Counted from the whole stretch's first letter, positions 1 through 11,907 are shown. The stretch is 63,230 nucleotides of DNA, filler included, from Globobulimina sp. (GCA_003354225.1; 18 parts of 18 records of this genome joined end to end with filler, not necessarily neighbours in it); one strand, 5' to 3'. The notes: generated by a model not told the origin, from the sequence alone. Numbers and translations: made by a program.

Positions 1-2130
1 TCAAATTGAAATGATTCAGATAATATTGAATGAAATTGTTGATACTATGAAGAAAATAATTGATTAATTGATAATGCATATCATTTTTGTGTTGCTTTGA
101 GTAATTTATTGATTGTATATAAATAGAATGATTCAAATAATATTGAATGGGATGTTAATAATATTTAAGCAATGAGTTGAGTCAAAAGGAATGAATCAAA
201 TGCATTACAGAAATGTGCCAATATTTTTATAATTATTACAATGTTAATAAATAATTACAATTTAATTTATATGTTTATATGTAATTTAATTACAATGGTT
301 AATGTAACGATATTAGATCTAATGTAATGATATATATTTATAAGTACGAGCTATTATTAATTGCTGATAGTAATAAGTGAATGATACAGTGTATAATTAT
401 CATTGTGTTGGTATATTGTGTATAATAATAAGCATTTTTGTGTTGCTTTTTGAATGAATCAATTTTCTATAAATAATTGATTGTATATTTAATCAAATAT
501 TAAGTAAATTGATTTGGATCAAATGAAAATGAATCAAATGAAATGATTCGAATATTATTGAATGAAATTGAAATGAATCAAATGGAGTGGAATTGAATCA
601 AATGTTATAATTATTATTAATTATTTAATATATGAGTTATATTTATATGTTTAGCATATTATCGTATCTTTTTAGCCAATTTATTAAATGCACAAACCAG
701 GGAATATGAAAGATTTTATTTTGGCAAATATTTATGGCACAAACTAGCGAATGAAAGGATTATTTTGGCTATAAGATAATGCATATCATTTTTATGTTGA
801 TTTGAAATAATAATATTGAATCAAAATGAATTAAATTGACTGTTTTGAATGAATTATTATTTTCAAGGCAAATATATTAATGGCATAAACAAGTGAATAT
901 TTTGGCCAATATTAATGGTACAAATAAGTGTTTGTGTCGTTTCTAGAAGAAACTTTTTCTTTTGATGTAAGTAAAATGTTTTTAGTACTCTCAGTTGAAT
1001 TTGTATACAGTTTGTGTGATTCGTAAATAAGAATTCATAAAATATATCAATTTGTAATTTAATTGACACTGAGAATTCAATCACGTGGTGGGGTGAGCTA
1101 AAAATTAGTTTTATTGCGTATGAACGCACATTTGAATGAGATCTATTTATATATAATTCTTTTATTATGGACAAATATGTTATTTTATACTCTGATCTCA
1201 ACGGAAACAGAGTCATTGGTATAAGTTGTATTAAACTGTTATTTGCGTAATTATGTCAATTAATATATGATTTAAACGAGTTATATTTATATGTTTAGCG
1301 ACATTGCAGTTGCAATATCATTGATAACTTTATTAATGGCCTACAACGTATCTTTTTGGCCAATTTAATGTCACTATTAATTGGACAAACCTGTGAATAT
1401 GAAACATTTTATTTGGCCAATATTAATGGACTCAAACGAGTGAATATGAAATGTATTTTGGCCCATATTAATGGCAAAAACTATAGTGAATGAAACATAT
1501 TATTTTGGCCAATATTAATGGCACAAACTAATTTTTGATAATGCATTTTTGTGTTGATTTGAAATTAATTTTGAATTAAATAATTATTAGAATAAGAGAT
1601 ATTAAATGAAATAATATTGAATAGATTAATTGTGTAATATATTTCTGAGTCAATTTGATATTTGTCTATAAAGAAAGAAACAAAATTTATCTATCACAAT
1701 TACAATTTTATTAGGCTTTTATCGATATGTTATATACTTAATTTTTAGTGACAATGCATATCATTTTTGTGTTGATTTGAATAAAATAATTATCTGTAAA
1801 ATAATTTATGTAATTAAAATAAATACAATTACAATTTTATTAGCGTTTATCGATATGTTATACACTCTATTTTTAGTGTGATATCATATTATTTTAAGTC
1901 ATTATTAACGTAGTTATTGTATGGGTATTATTGAGTTATTTGCTTTCAAATAGTTAACAGTTTAATATTTCAAGGCAAATTTTTATGAAATTGAATGAAT
2001 TGAATCAAATGACTTAAATAATATATATTGAATCTATTCTGGCATTGCAATATGTATATAGATATCATATTATTTTGGGCAATATTGAGTAATATAGATA
2101 TCAATGGCACAAATGAGTGATAATAACAAA
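1..2130. repeat. AT-rich degenerate satellite-like region with interleaved repeat families
   Basis: ~45-bp unit TTTTGGCCAATATTAATGGCACAAACnAGTGAATATGAAA near 670, 718, 864, 901, 1353, 1412, 1456, 1503. GATAATGCATATCATTTTTGTGTTG-like near 70, 775, 1537, 1750. AATTGAAATGAATCAAAT-like copies throughout. No credible ORF. Confidence 0.75.
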
Positions 2131-2279
2131 TAATAACCAAACAATTATATTATCTGTCATTGCAATATGTGTATGTAATGTGTATATATTTATTATGCAA
2201 TATTAATTTATTATGTACAATGTACTTATTGATATTATCCTGTTTGGGAGATACATTTAGTTGCTGCTATCAAATCTTA

Positions 2280-2480
2280 TTGTGGTTTGTATCATTCTTA
2301 AGATTAATTTATAGTTTGCAAGGTTTTTAGTTTGAAAAGTGTTTAGTCCAAAATCTTGGTTTGTAGATTTGTATCTTAGTTTGCAAAAAAAAACATGGTT
2401 TGGTATGAAGTTTGTGTTTTAGTTTGCAAATTTTTCAGTTTGCAAATTTTACAGTAAAAATCCAGAAGGTTTGTGTTTCT
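2280..2480. repeat. Short direct-repeat cluster (AGTTTGCAAA / GGTTTGT)
   Basis: Several AGTTTG(C/A)AA and GGTTTG copies within 200 bp. Confidence 0.55.
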
Positions 2481-2822
2481 GGGAGTTAATTTAAATTAAT
2501 TATTTATGCGCAAATTCGCAAAACAAAACAAAACAAAATTGATCACAAAATGTTTTGTGATGGTTGTTGATGGTATAAATCCATCATACATTTCCACATA
2601 TTTATATTCCAATTATAATCCTCATTATTATTGTTATTTGTAATAGTTACATTATCGTTATTTTGTGCAGGTGCAATTGGTACATGTATGCACCCTTCAT
2701 TTCATTATCAATTTGTAAAATGTTATTTGTTTGTGATATTAAACGCTTTTCTGTTGCGTAACTATTTATATAATTATATTATAATACATTTAATATAAAA
2801 ACGTTTTCATAATGGTCTTATA

Positions 2823-2933
2823 CCGTATGGCAAGACAAAAGATGTGCGCCGTATGGCAACTACATGTAACATCTGACAGATTTTCCTATAGGAAGGACAG
2901 TCATGAGCCCCAGAAATATGTGCCGTATGGCAA
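2823..2933. repeat. Three exact CCGTATGGCAA direct repeats with internal palindrome
   Basis: Copies at 2823-2833, 2849-2859 and 2923-2933; palindrome TTCCTATAGGAA at 2883-2894. Confidence 0.7.
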
Positions 2934-3204
2934 CTGATATGTACAATAGATATATATATATTATATATAAAAGAAAGAATAAACGTACTGTCATAGTAAA
3001 TGCTGGGATAACGCGACTACGTTTCGTCATCACGAAATTGATAGTTGATTGACACGACTTTACGTTTTTGTGACTAAAGGATGGTAAGCTAACTAGAAAA
3101 TATTCTAGAAAACATTATTTAAGACACTTAGGTAGCAAACTAGATCGGATAACAGTGGTTTTATTGTTCCACATAAAACAACGTAATACTTTTAATTAAT
3201 CCAC

Positions 3205-3340
3205 GCTCCCAGCATGCAATTTACTAAGTAGTAGTAGAAAAAACGTTAGTTGGCAGTAGTCAATTCACACGACTTAGAGTTTCGCAATTCTCTGCGACCT
3301 TCAACGATGCACAAGAACCAAGAGATCCGTCGCTCAGCTA
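3205..3340 (-). rRNA. Divergent 5.8S rRNA-like sequence
   Basis: Minus strand reads AGCGACGGATCTCTTGGTTCTTGTGCATCGTTGAAGGTCGCAGAGAATTGCGAAAC...GTGTGAATTG, matching the conserved eukaryotic 5.8S 5' half (GACGGATCTCTTGG...GCATCGATGAAGAACGCAG...TGTGAATTG). The 3' half is divergent and its boundary is uncertain. Confidence 0.75.
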
Positions 3341-3422
3341 AAAAAAAGTAGTTCACCGCTATACTTTTTTTTACAACACCGAGTCAGGCCCTATCTTAAT
3401 TTTTTGGATGCCGCCAATAAAA

Positions 3423-3522
3423 NNNNNNNNNNNNNNNNNNNNNNNNNNNNNNNNNNNNNNNNNNNNTTAATTAATTAANNNNNNNNNNNNNNNNNNNNNN
3501 NNNNNNNNNNNNNNNNNNNNNN
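3423..3522. other. Artificial contig-joining spacer (first of 17 identical ones)
   Basis: N44-TTAATTAATTAA-N44 (stops in all six frames) recurs every ~3.52 kb. Contigs: 1-3422, 3523-6944, 7045-10465, 10566-13985, 14086-17505, 17606-21025, 21126-24545, 24646-28064, 28165-31582, 31683-35099, 35200-38616, 38717-42133, 42234-45650, 45751-49166, 49267-52682, 52783-56198, 56299-59714, 59815-63230, in non-increasing length. Confidence 0.99.
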
Positions 3523-3731
3523 TGCATACAATAAAAAACCGGAAAGATACGTAAATTCAGATGATTATAATGAAATACAGTCGGGAACAAGCTCTATGCC
3601 GTCTGGTAACAGCATTGTTTAAGTGTATCATTTATTTATTTGTTTATGATCAAAACCGATTCTCTTTACTGTGTACATATTTGAATATGACAAAACAGTT
3701 TTTTCTTACTCTTAAAAAAAACTTTAAACGA

Positions 3732-5904
3732 ATGGGATGCACAAATACAACTCCACCAAGAGAACATAATCCAGAAAATTATTATATAGCACCACAATCA
3801 AGACACAATGCGTCAACCCAACCATTATCAAAAGCGCATGCACGAATGCCACGAGATGGGACAATATCTGCTCAAACAGACAAATACGAGGAAGCTAAAC
3901 AAATGATGTCAGCATATCCGTCCTACAAAGATGAAGTGAGCATATCCCACAATTCAATCCATTCCGCAATGTCTCAACAGCCATCATATGCCACATTGTG
4001 TGAGAAATTGGAATTGAATTTTTCCCTTCGCAACATCCCCAAATTAGATTTATTATCACCCTCTGATCCCTTTATACTCGTTTACTTGAAAGACGAAGTG
4101 AAAAATATTTACAATCTCGTTGGTGTAACGGAAATAATTTGGGACACTCCCAACCCTGACTTCTCCAAAGATATCAGAATCAATTATCTATTTGAAGAAA
4201 TACAATATGTTCGATTGGAAATGTATGATGCGAACGAACAGCAAACCACCACCTATCAAAGTTCTTATTTTCTATATTTGATTTCTAAATATTGCATACA
4301 CATATTTGTACTGCACAGACATGATTATATTGGTTGCGCTGAATTTGTGGTTGGCGACTTAGTCACAGCCAACGCACAAAAATTGGTGATGGCGATTACT
4401 AAGAAAAACGGTCAGAGATTGAAGAAAAACAAAGGTTTACAACCAATTGTTATCATTCGTGCGCAAGAGATTGACGATAACTATGATGAAATTGAATTTG
4501 TGTTCAGTGCGCGTGGCTTGCCCAAGATGGACACCTTCGGGAAAATAGACCCATTTATTCAGATTTATAGGTATACAAATTCGCGCGAATGGGCATCGGT
4601 TTACAAATCAGAGCATATCGCCAATACATATACGCCAAATTGGAAGAAATTTACGATAGAAACGCGACGATTATGCCATGGTGACATGAATAGACCGATT
4701 TTAATTAAATGCTGGGACTGGAATAGAGACGCCCGGCCAGACTATGCCTGCGAAATCAAGACCACATTGGCTCAATTGATAGACGCTAAAAGTATAGAAT
4801 GGAAGCACTGGGATTACAAAAAAAAGAAATATAAACAGAAAAACTGTGGTGAACTATTGATAAAGTATGTAGATATTCGCAAAAAATTCTCGTTTGTATC
4901 ATTTTTAAAAGGTGGGCTGGAATTACAGTTGCAAATAGCAATAGATTTCACAGGTAGCCATTGTTTTGTACTGAAAAACATTTTAACTAAAAAACTTCAC
5001 TTACTTTGCATTTCCATTTACAGGCTCTAATGGCGACCCTCGTGATTCAAAGTCGTTACATTATATGGGACCGCCGCATTATGAGTCGCAATATATGAAA
5101 GTAATAAAATCCGTTGGTCGCGTATTAGAACCATATGATGCGGACGGCGCCATTGGTGCATACGGCTTTGGTGCTAATTTAGATCCAATGGGCAAGAAAG
5201 TGTCTCATTGTTTTAATTTGACATTGCAAGCAAATGAGGAGGAAGTGGATGGCATTGATGGTCTGTGCGGTGCGTATCGAGATTGTTTGGATAAGGTACA
5301 ATTGTATGGACCGACATACTTTAATGAGATATTGCGAAATGCAGCAGCCAAATCAATGGGTGTTTGTAACCAAAATGCGCAAACTTACAATATATTATTA
5401 ATTATTACGGATGGTGTCATCAATGATATGCAACGATCCATGGACGCCATAGTGGAGGCAACGCGGTTACCATTATCCATCATCATCGTAGGTGTCGGTG
5501 ATGCGGATTTCAGTAATATGGAGATATTGGATGCCGATGATAACCCACTGCGACATAGTCAGACTGGTAAGTATATGCAGAGGGACATTGTGCAATTTGT
5601 GCCCTTCAATGAGTTTAAAAGGAAGCATCTGAGTGCCATCGCGAGGGAGACCTTGGAGGAGGTGCCTGGACAGGTTACGTCTTTTATGTGTATGCATGAC
5701 ATACATCCAAATCCCGCACCAATTGAAGCGAGTGCGAGTGGCGCGAATGACGCGAATTTATATGCAAATATTAATGTTGTTGATGCTGAGAGAAAAGATG
5801 AGTATAATGGGGCGAGTGCACCAATAAAAAGTCCGTATACTGCGAATAAGGAAGGTGGATATATGGGAACTGGCTGGTTAGCTCCTGGACAAAGAAAAGA
5901 ATAA
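3732..5904 (+). CDS. Copine (C2-C2-vWA), N-terminal MGC acylation motif; exons ~3732-4260, 4319-4953, 5024-5904
   Basis: C2 motifs DLLSPSDPF and DTFGKIDPF. Removing GT-AG intron 4954-5023 restores DFTGSNGDPRDSKSLHY. vWA motifs LLIITDGVIND, LPLSIIIVGVG, RDIVQFVPF. Intron 1 needs a 1-nt correction (see findings). Confidence 0.95.
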
Positions 5905-6252
5905 TGAGATGAAAGAAGAGCAAGACATTGAAATTGATATATTTTCGTTAATATCAGCACAATATTGTTTTTTTAGATGTTTTGTGATGTATTAATACAT
6001 CATTTGATATCAAAATCATTTGTGTTGTCTCTTCCAAGCAAAAAATTATATTTTAGTTGTGTGTGTGTGTTTTTTTTTTAATTATTATCACTTTTATAGT
6101 TTAGTTGAGCGGTTTTCATTGCATTTTTTTGTTCTTTTCATCAACTGTTTTTGTGATTTATCGGTGTTTTGTGGATTTATTATCTGAAATCAAACAAGAA
6201 CCAAAATTCACAATATAATAAATGTAACACACATTTCACAAATGAATAACAG

Positions 6253-6920
6253 TCACGGTTTAGTAGCCTCTTCCTCTGCTATTTTATCCAAAAATGAAAA
6301 CAGTTCATTCCTATCAAACACTCCATCCTCAGCATATTCATCAAATGCACCAACCTCAAATTTAAACTTTTTCTTATATGCCTCTGGTAATTTTTTGATA
6401 AATTCTCCAAATTCTTTTCTATCCAAACCTTTCTCACCGTCAATAAACTGCATTTGTTCATATATACTCACAACGACTTCCTTTTCACTCTCAACCAATT
6501 CTGCATGGATATCCTCCAACATTTTCACCAATTTATCATTTAATAATGCTCCAACTTTGCTGTTCTGATCACTGATAATCTTACTTTGATCTGTCCAGGT
6601 TTTTAATTTATGAAATTGTTTTTTTAGCGCTTCTGTAGTTTTCGCTGTAGTGTCATGCGTAGCTTCCAGTTTATTCTTCTTATCCACTGGATTTTTAATA
6701 TTATCCTCCAAATTACCGCTTTCTCGCTTTAATTTTGCATTTGCATCCATTATTTTCGCTGCTTCCATTCTTCTACTTAAGATTCGACCAAATTGCCAAA
6801 ACCCCCATACACAGACACTTAGACCCCATCCCATTCCAAACATATAGTATACCAAAGATGGCAAATTCCCATTGTCATCTTTGCCGCTATTGATCCCCGT
6901 AATTAATACTATAAAACTAC
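6253..6920 (-). CDS. Membrane protein with coiled coil and EF-hand-like C-terminus, 5' partial
   Basis: Exon starts after TTTTGCAG acceptor (6921). Hydrophobic segment, heptad-rich middle, DGEKGLDRKEF and DGVFDRNEL EF-hand-like loops. Confidence 0.65.
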
Positions 6921-7044
6921 CTGCAAAACAGAGAAAAAATATATNNNNNNNNNNNNNNNNNNNNNNNNNNNNNNNNNNNNNNNNNNNNTTAATTAATTAA
7001 NNNNNNNNNNNNNNNNNNNNNNNNNNNNNNNNNNNNNNNNNNNN

Positions 7045-8504
7045 TCGAGGACTATGTGAAAAGGAAAAATAATAGAAATGATCAGGACCATTTACAAACA
7101 CAAATTATGTATTTTAAAAAAGAATTTGGCAATCTACCAAATATAAAAACTATACCGACCAATAACAATAATAACACCATATCCACGCAAACACAAACAC
7201 AAACCCAAACTGCCAATAATGACCATAAGGATGAAAATAATGATGATTCATCATTATTAAACATAGAAAATGATGATATAATATTTCCATCGTATGATTC
7301 AATATCGTCAATACGAAGTGCTTTGGCTCGGTATGAAGCCTGGCAATATAACAACAACCACAATAATAATAATAATAATGATAATGATGATGCAAATAAT
7401 GAGGATTTCTTAAACATAATACCAATGCATACAGATGATAATAATGAGAATAATACCAATACCAATGGTCAGTATCAATATGTTGCACCATTTTATAATC
7501 CTTTTTTACGAATTACAGTCAATGATAATAAGAAAGATGATGATGATGATCGAGATAATAACACCGGCAATGAAATGACACCAATATTCCCTTTAAGTCA
7601 TTATCAACACAATAATCGTAATCGTAATAATCATAATAATAATCACAAGACTCTAAATAGGAATGATTTATATCAAAGGTATAGACAGTATCATCGGTAT
7701 CGACACACATTTCGGGCATTACAATATCATAATATCCGGAGGAGATTATGGAATCAAACGAATAATAATAATAACAGCAATAACCCGAACAATAACAACT
7801 ATTTTATTGTTCCGCAATTAACATTTAATAATACCGATAATAGCGATAATAATAATAATAAGATATTAACAGATGATGATAATGATAAAAATATCAAATT
7901 AAAAGTGGTATCACCAAAAATAAAGCATCCAACATGTCCATCATCTCATTCTCGGTTGGATGGTTTACAAGATTTCAAGGCAGCGTTTACTTTGATTCCA
8001 TTGCGATTGACATCGTTGGACCCCTTCAACCAAAAGAAAAAGCAGAGAGTCAGTGATAAACAAGAAATTGATGACAATGATTATGACTCAAGTTATGATG
8101 AAAATGATTATGATATGGATACAACTAAAAAAGATAAGATTGTAATCTTTGGGATTGATAAAAGACAAAATCTGTTATCTCAATTGTCGTCTGATTTACA
8201 TTTAATTATTTTAAATATGTTAACAGGACTTTGCAATGTCCGTACCATGGCATTATATAATTCATTAAGTTCTGATTTATCGCTATTTGATATAGAAAGG
8301 ATAAGAAATTGCTCTGTGTATAAATGTCAAGCATTATTTGTTGAAAGATATCGACAAAATCTATTTGATGAAAAGTATAAAGCATTACAACAACCAGCAT
8401 TAACTCGTGCATTATCCACTGAGCCACGCAATTTATTTGAATTTCAACAAGATCGTAAAGCCAAAGTGGCGCGAAAATCATCTTTTCATTCATCAACCAA
8501 ATAA
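7045..8504 (+). CDS. Hypothetical Asn/Asp-rich protein, 5' partial
   Basis: >480 open codons from the contig start with poly-N tracts and a more complex C-terminus; no family recognised. Confidence 0.75.
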
Positions 8505-8863
8505 AACAATATATATGTATATATATATTATTTTTTTTCTTTTGAAATTGACAATCGATATCTTGTTGTTTTTTATTTATGGTTTTTTAATGTTTTATTT
8601 TGGAATTTTTGTATGAATAAAAGCAACTTCAGCCTTTTTTTTCATTTCTTTTATCACTTTAAATCTGAGTCCGAGAGACATAAGTCGTAGTAGTCCAAGA
8701 TGTTTTTTTTTTAAATTAAATTAAGATAAAAAGATGGTAAAAAGATCATAAAAAGTACAAAAAAATAGAAGGAATCACAGTCGAAAAGGTGCAAACAAAC
8801 ACAAAAAAATTAATATATGAAAAATATAATAATGTTGTCAGCAAATGGTATTAAATATTATTG

Positions 8864-10414
8864 CTAATCAAGAAGGGATTTATCAAACATAAACTCTCGT
8901 TTGTTGTCTCTTTGTTTGGATCGGTTTTGTCGAATATTTTTCTGTTTTTCGATATGTTTTGTCTTTTTATCGATTTTTTGATGTTTACTCAATGTCAATG
9001 GTTCAGCATCAATATCAATTTCAAATATATTTTTTATTTTTTTGTTTCTAAACAAATGAGATTGCAAACCATTTTTTAATATTTTCTTAATCGCATGATA
9101 TTGGATCCAAATATTCCAGCCAGATAATTGAAATTTTTTATGATGTAATTTGATAACAATTAGCGGCGTCCATTTATGTTCCAATGTTTTAAGATAATCT
9201 CTGAATTTTGCTTTTTGTATCACAAACTCTTTCTTTTTATGTGATTTTGAATTTAATCGCGAATTATGTGATTTTAAATGGTTGAATTCAGTCAATATGG
9301 CATTAATATTAACATTTTGTTTTAGAAAATCTTCATCATTTATCAAGGCATCATTATAATTATCAATTAATACCGTCAATGCTTTACCGATATGTATTTT
9401 TTCTAAAATCGTAGTGGATTCTAAACGTAATAATTTCAATAATGATGAATAATACTCATCTAATAATGAACCAATATCTGATGAATCATTCATTGATGTT
9501 ATTAAAAATAGCCATGCACAAATTGCCTCTATCATTATCAGCTTATTTGTCTCCTCTTTCTCTTCCTTTTCCTTTTCCTTTTCCTCTTTCTCTTTCTCTT
9601 CTTGATAATTCCAAAAATATTCAAACAACTTAATCGACGATAACTTGATTGCATCGTCGTTGTAACACCAGACCATTATCGACAATATGTTGATAGCGCG
9701 GATTTGAACTTGCGCAGATTTGGGCCGTTGAACCAAGTTTTTTACGAGATTTTGAAAATATTTTATAAAAAAATCCAGTCCATCGGATCGAGATAATATT
9801 AACGATAACAAACCAACGGTGTCCAACGCAGTCACTATTTCGGTGATAGATCCTTTGCGGATATTTAAGGACAGGTTTTTCGAAATAGTTTGTAACCGCG
9901 GATTCTTATTATCATTCACATTAAAATCATTTTCATTCAGTTTAAATAATTTCAACTCATTATTTAAATGCTTTAATGATTCAATACGAATATTGCTATC
10001 TTTGTTGGATAAGTTATTAATGAGATCGTCAATAATATCATCATCAATATCCTCATCACCATCGATGGCGCTGTCAATGGAAATGGTCACTTCTGATTGT
10101 AACGAGATTACATCATCACTGTATTGAATATCTTCCGATTGTAACGACAATAGGTCCTCATCATCGTCATCATAATCATCATCATCATAATATTGTAAAC
10201 CCACATCAATTTCGGGCTGTTCATTTAATGCATTGATGCCTGCATTAAATAATTCTTTTGCTTTTTTTGTCTTATAGTTATTTTTATTGCTTTTATTGCT
10301 AGTTTTGTTATTATTGCCTTTGTCTGAGTTTTTTTTTTTATTATTTTGCTTAATGTGTTTTTTGTTATGTTTTTCCCGTAAAAATTTCTTGGATTTGTTG
10401 CGTTTTCCACCCAT
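8864..10414 (-). CDS. IFRD1: Interferon-related developmental regulator (IFRD) family protein
   Basis: Basic N-terminus, ARM-like helical body, C-terminal IFRD signature WIQYHAIKKILKNGLQSHL..N..IKNIFEI ... RSKQRDNKR. Confidence 0.85.
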   Translation of the reverse strand: MGGKRNKSKKFLREKHNKKHIKQNNKKKNSDKGNNNKTSNKSNKNNYKTKKAKELFNAGINALNEQPEIDVGLQYYDDDDYDDDDEDLLSLQSEDIQYSDDVISLQSEVTISIDSAIDGDEDIDDDIIDDLINNLSNKDSNIRIESLKHLNNELKLFKLNENDFNVNDNKNPRLQTISKNLSLNIRKGSITEIVTALDTVGLLSLILSRSDGLDFFIKYFQNLVKNLVQRPKSAQVQIRAINILSIMVWCYNDDAIKLSSIKLFEYFWNYQEEKEKEEKEKEKEEKEETNKLIMIEAICAWLFLITSMNDSSDIGSLLDEYYSSLLKLLRLESTTILEKIHIGKALTVLIDNYNDALINDEDFLKQNVNINAILTEFNHLKSHNSRLNSKSHKKKEFVIQKAKFRDYLKTLEHKWTPLIVIKLHHKKFQLSGWNIWIQYHAIKKILKNGLQSHLFRNKKIKNIFEIDIDAEPLTLSKHQKIDKKTKHIEKQKNIRQNRSKQRDNKREFMFDKSLLD

Positions 10415-10565
10415 TTTTGCTTCGTTGGATGATATTGAATGTGAATGAAAATGTCAAAAACTTAANNNNNNNNNNNNNNNNNNNNNNNNNNNNNNNNNNN
10501 NNNNNNNNNTTAATTAATTAANNNNNNNNNNNNNNNNNNNNNNNNNNNNNNNNNNNNNNNNNNNN

Positions 10566-10745
10566 GATGCAGACATTAAAATCGGTTCATTAAATCAAAA
10601 TAATTTAGATTCCATTGCTAATGATTATGATATTGAAGATTTAGGCGTTGAAAACCCATATTTTAAACGACATAGTCATACACCTTCTTCATTGGATGTA
10701 CATATGGACGAAACACTTACTTCTCACATTCAACAGGGAGAATAA
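10566..10745 (+). CDS. 3' end of an unidentified gene
   Basis: Open frame from the contig start (DADIKIGSLN...HIQQGE-TAA) followed by a T-rich 3' UTR-like tract. Confidence 0.5.
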   Translation, partial: DADIKIGSLNQNNLDSIANDYDIEDLGVENPYFKRHSHTPSSLDVHMDETLTSHIQQGE

Positions 10746-10971
10746 TATTATATTATATATTGACTTTCTTTATTTTTTTTATTCTATTTTTTTTCTGGTT
10801 TGCTTAAGTGTGCTTTGAATTATTTTTGTATAACATATTTTTTCAATTTATTTTTTTTTTATTCATCACTTGTTTAGTATTTGACCACAAATCTTTATTT
10901 GTTAGCCCAGTGACCAGCTAGTGTGTTTGCATGTTTTTTTTGTTACATTTTGTACCTCAAGAAAGCGTAAA

Positions 10972-11907
10972 ATGGCGTTTTCTTCGTATTCCTCATACGC
11001 ATCATCACAGAATGGCGTATGGGCATGGAAAGACAGTTACCGTTGGGTAGATTTTGATGCAGAAGCGTCACGCCAAGTAGATGATGAATTAACATCGCGA
11101 TGGAATAATACAAAAGATAGATCATTTTCTTTTGCATTGTCAGCAGGTTCATGGTTCAGTCAATCACGGAATAGAGGGATATATACATGCCATGTGGACT
11201 TAAATTATTTACGGAATAAAATAAACAAAATCTATCAAAAAAATAGGAATACCTCATATCAGAGAGAGATGAGACGAACGCCGCCATTTCAATTACCCAC
11301 AGGGAATAAAAGAAAGATATCTCAATTATTTGATAAATCGTATGCAGACTCAGAAGAAAAAGACATTATGTCAGAAAATGGAATGTTGAGATTCTTTAAA
11401 GACGTCGGCATCAATCCAGAGTCGCATGAAACGCTCATTGTGTCATTTTTATTAAACTGTCAAGAAATGGGCATATTATCACGCGATGAGTTTATAGATG
11501 GTTTTATTAATCAAGGCTGCAACGATAAGACTGACATTAAAAAATGTATACAATCAAAATGCCAATTAATTAATCAAAATAGTAAAAAATGGAAAGAGTT
11601 TTATCGATGGATATTTAAACATGTTAAGGAAGACGAGAAGAAAAAAACAATCAGCACTCAATTAGCTATACAATTATGGTCAATTTTATTTCAAAAAGAT
11701 AGAAAATCTATGAAATTATTTACAAAATGGATGCAATATTGCGATAAAGAAAAAGACAAAGACATGAAAGTCATCTCTCGTGATTTATGGGAACAACTTT
11801 ATGATTTTCTAAATGAAACAACTTCTCTGGATGACTATGATGACGCTGGTGGTTCTTGGCCTGTTGCTATTGATGAATTTGTTGAGTATTTACAACAACA
11901 AAAATAA
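10972..11907 (+). CDS. DCN1: DCN1-like cullin neddylation factor with N-terminal WWE domain
   Basis: N-terminus VWAWKDSYRWVDFD...VDL...YQKNRNTSYQREMRR is WWE-like. C-terminus carries the DCUN1/PONY motifs MGILSRDEF, FYRWIF, AIQLW, ISRDLW, YDDAGGSWPVAIDEFVEY. Confidence 0.9.
   Translation: MAFSSYSSYASSQNGVWAWKDSYRWVDFDAEASRQVDDELTSRWNNTKDRSFSFALSAGSWFSQSRNRGIYTCHVDLNYLRNKINKIYQKNRNTSYQREMRRTPPFQLPTGNKRKISQLFDKSYADSEEKDIMSENGMLRFFKDVGINPESHETLIVSFLLNCQEMGILSRDEFIDGFINQGCNDKTDIKKCIQSKCQLINQNSKKWKEFYRWIFKHVKEDEKKKTISTQLAIQLWSILFQKDRKSMKLFTKWMQYCDKEKDKDMKVISRDLWEQLYDFLNETTSLDDYDDAGGSWPVAIDEFVEYLQQQK

Noticed and set aside
863..1216. 117-aa ORF and the many short antisense or overlapping ORFs in the track
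   Set aside because: It lies in a repeat region with no motif; the others are shadows of better-supported genes.
3005..3040. Hammerhead-like GTGATGACGAAAC on the minus strand
   Set aside because: The core C is missing, there is no stem II or stem I, and it is better explained as a simple hairpin.
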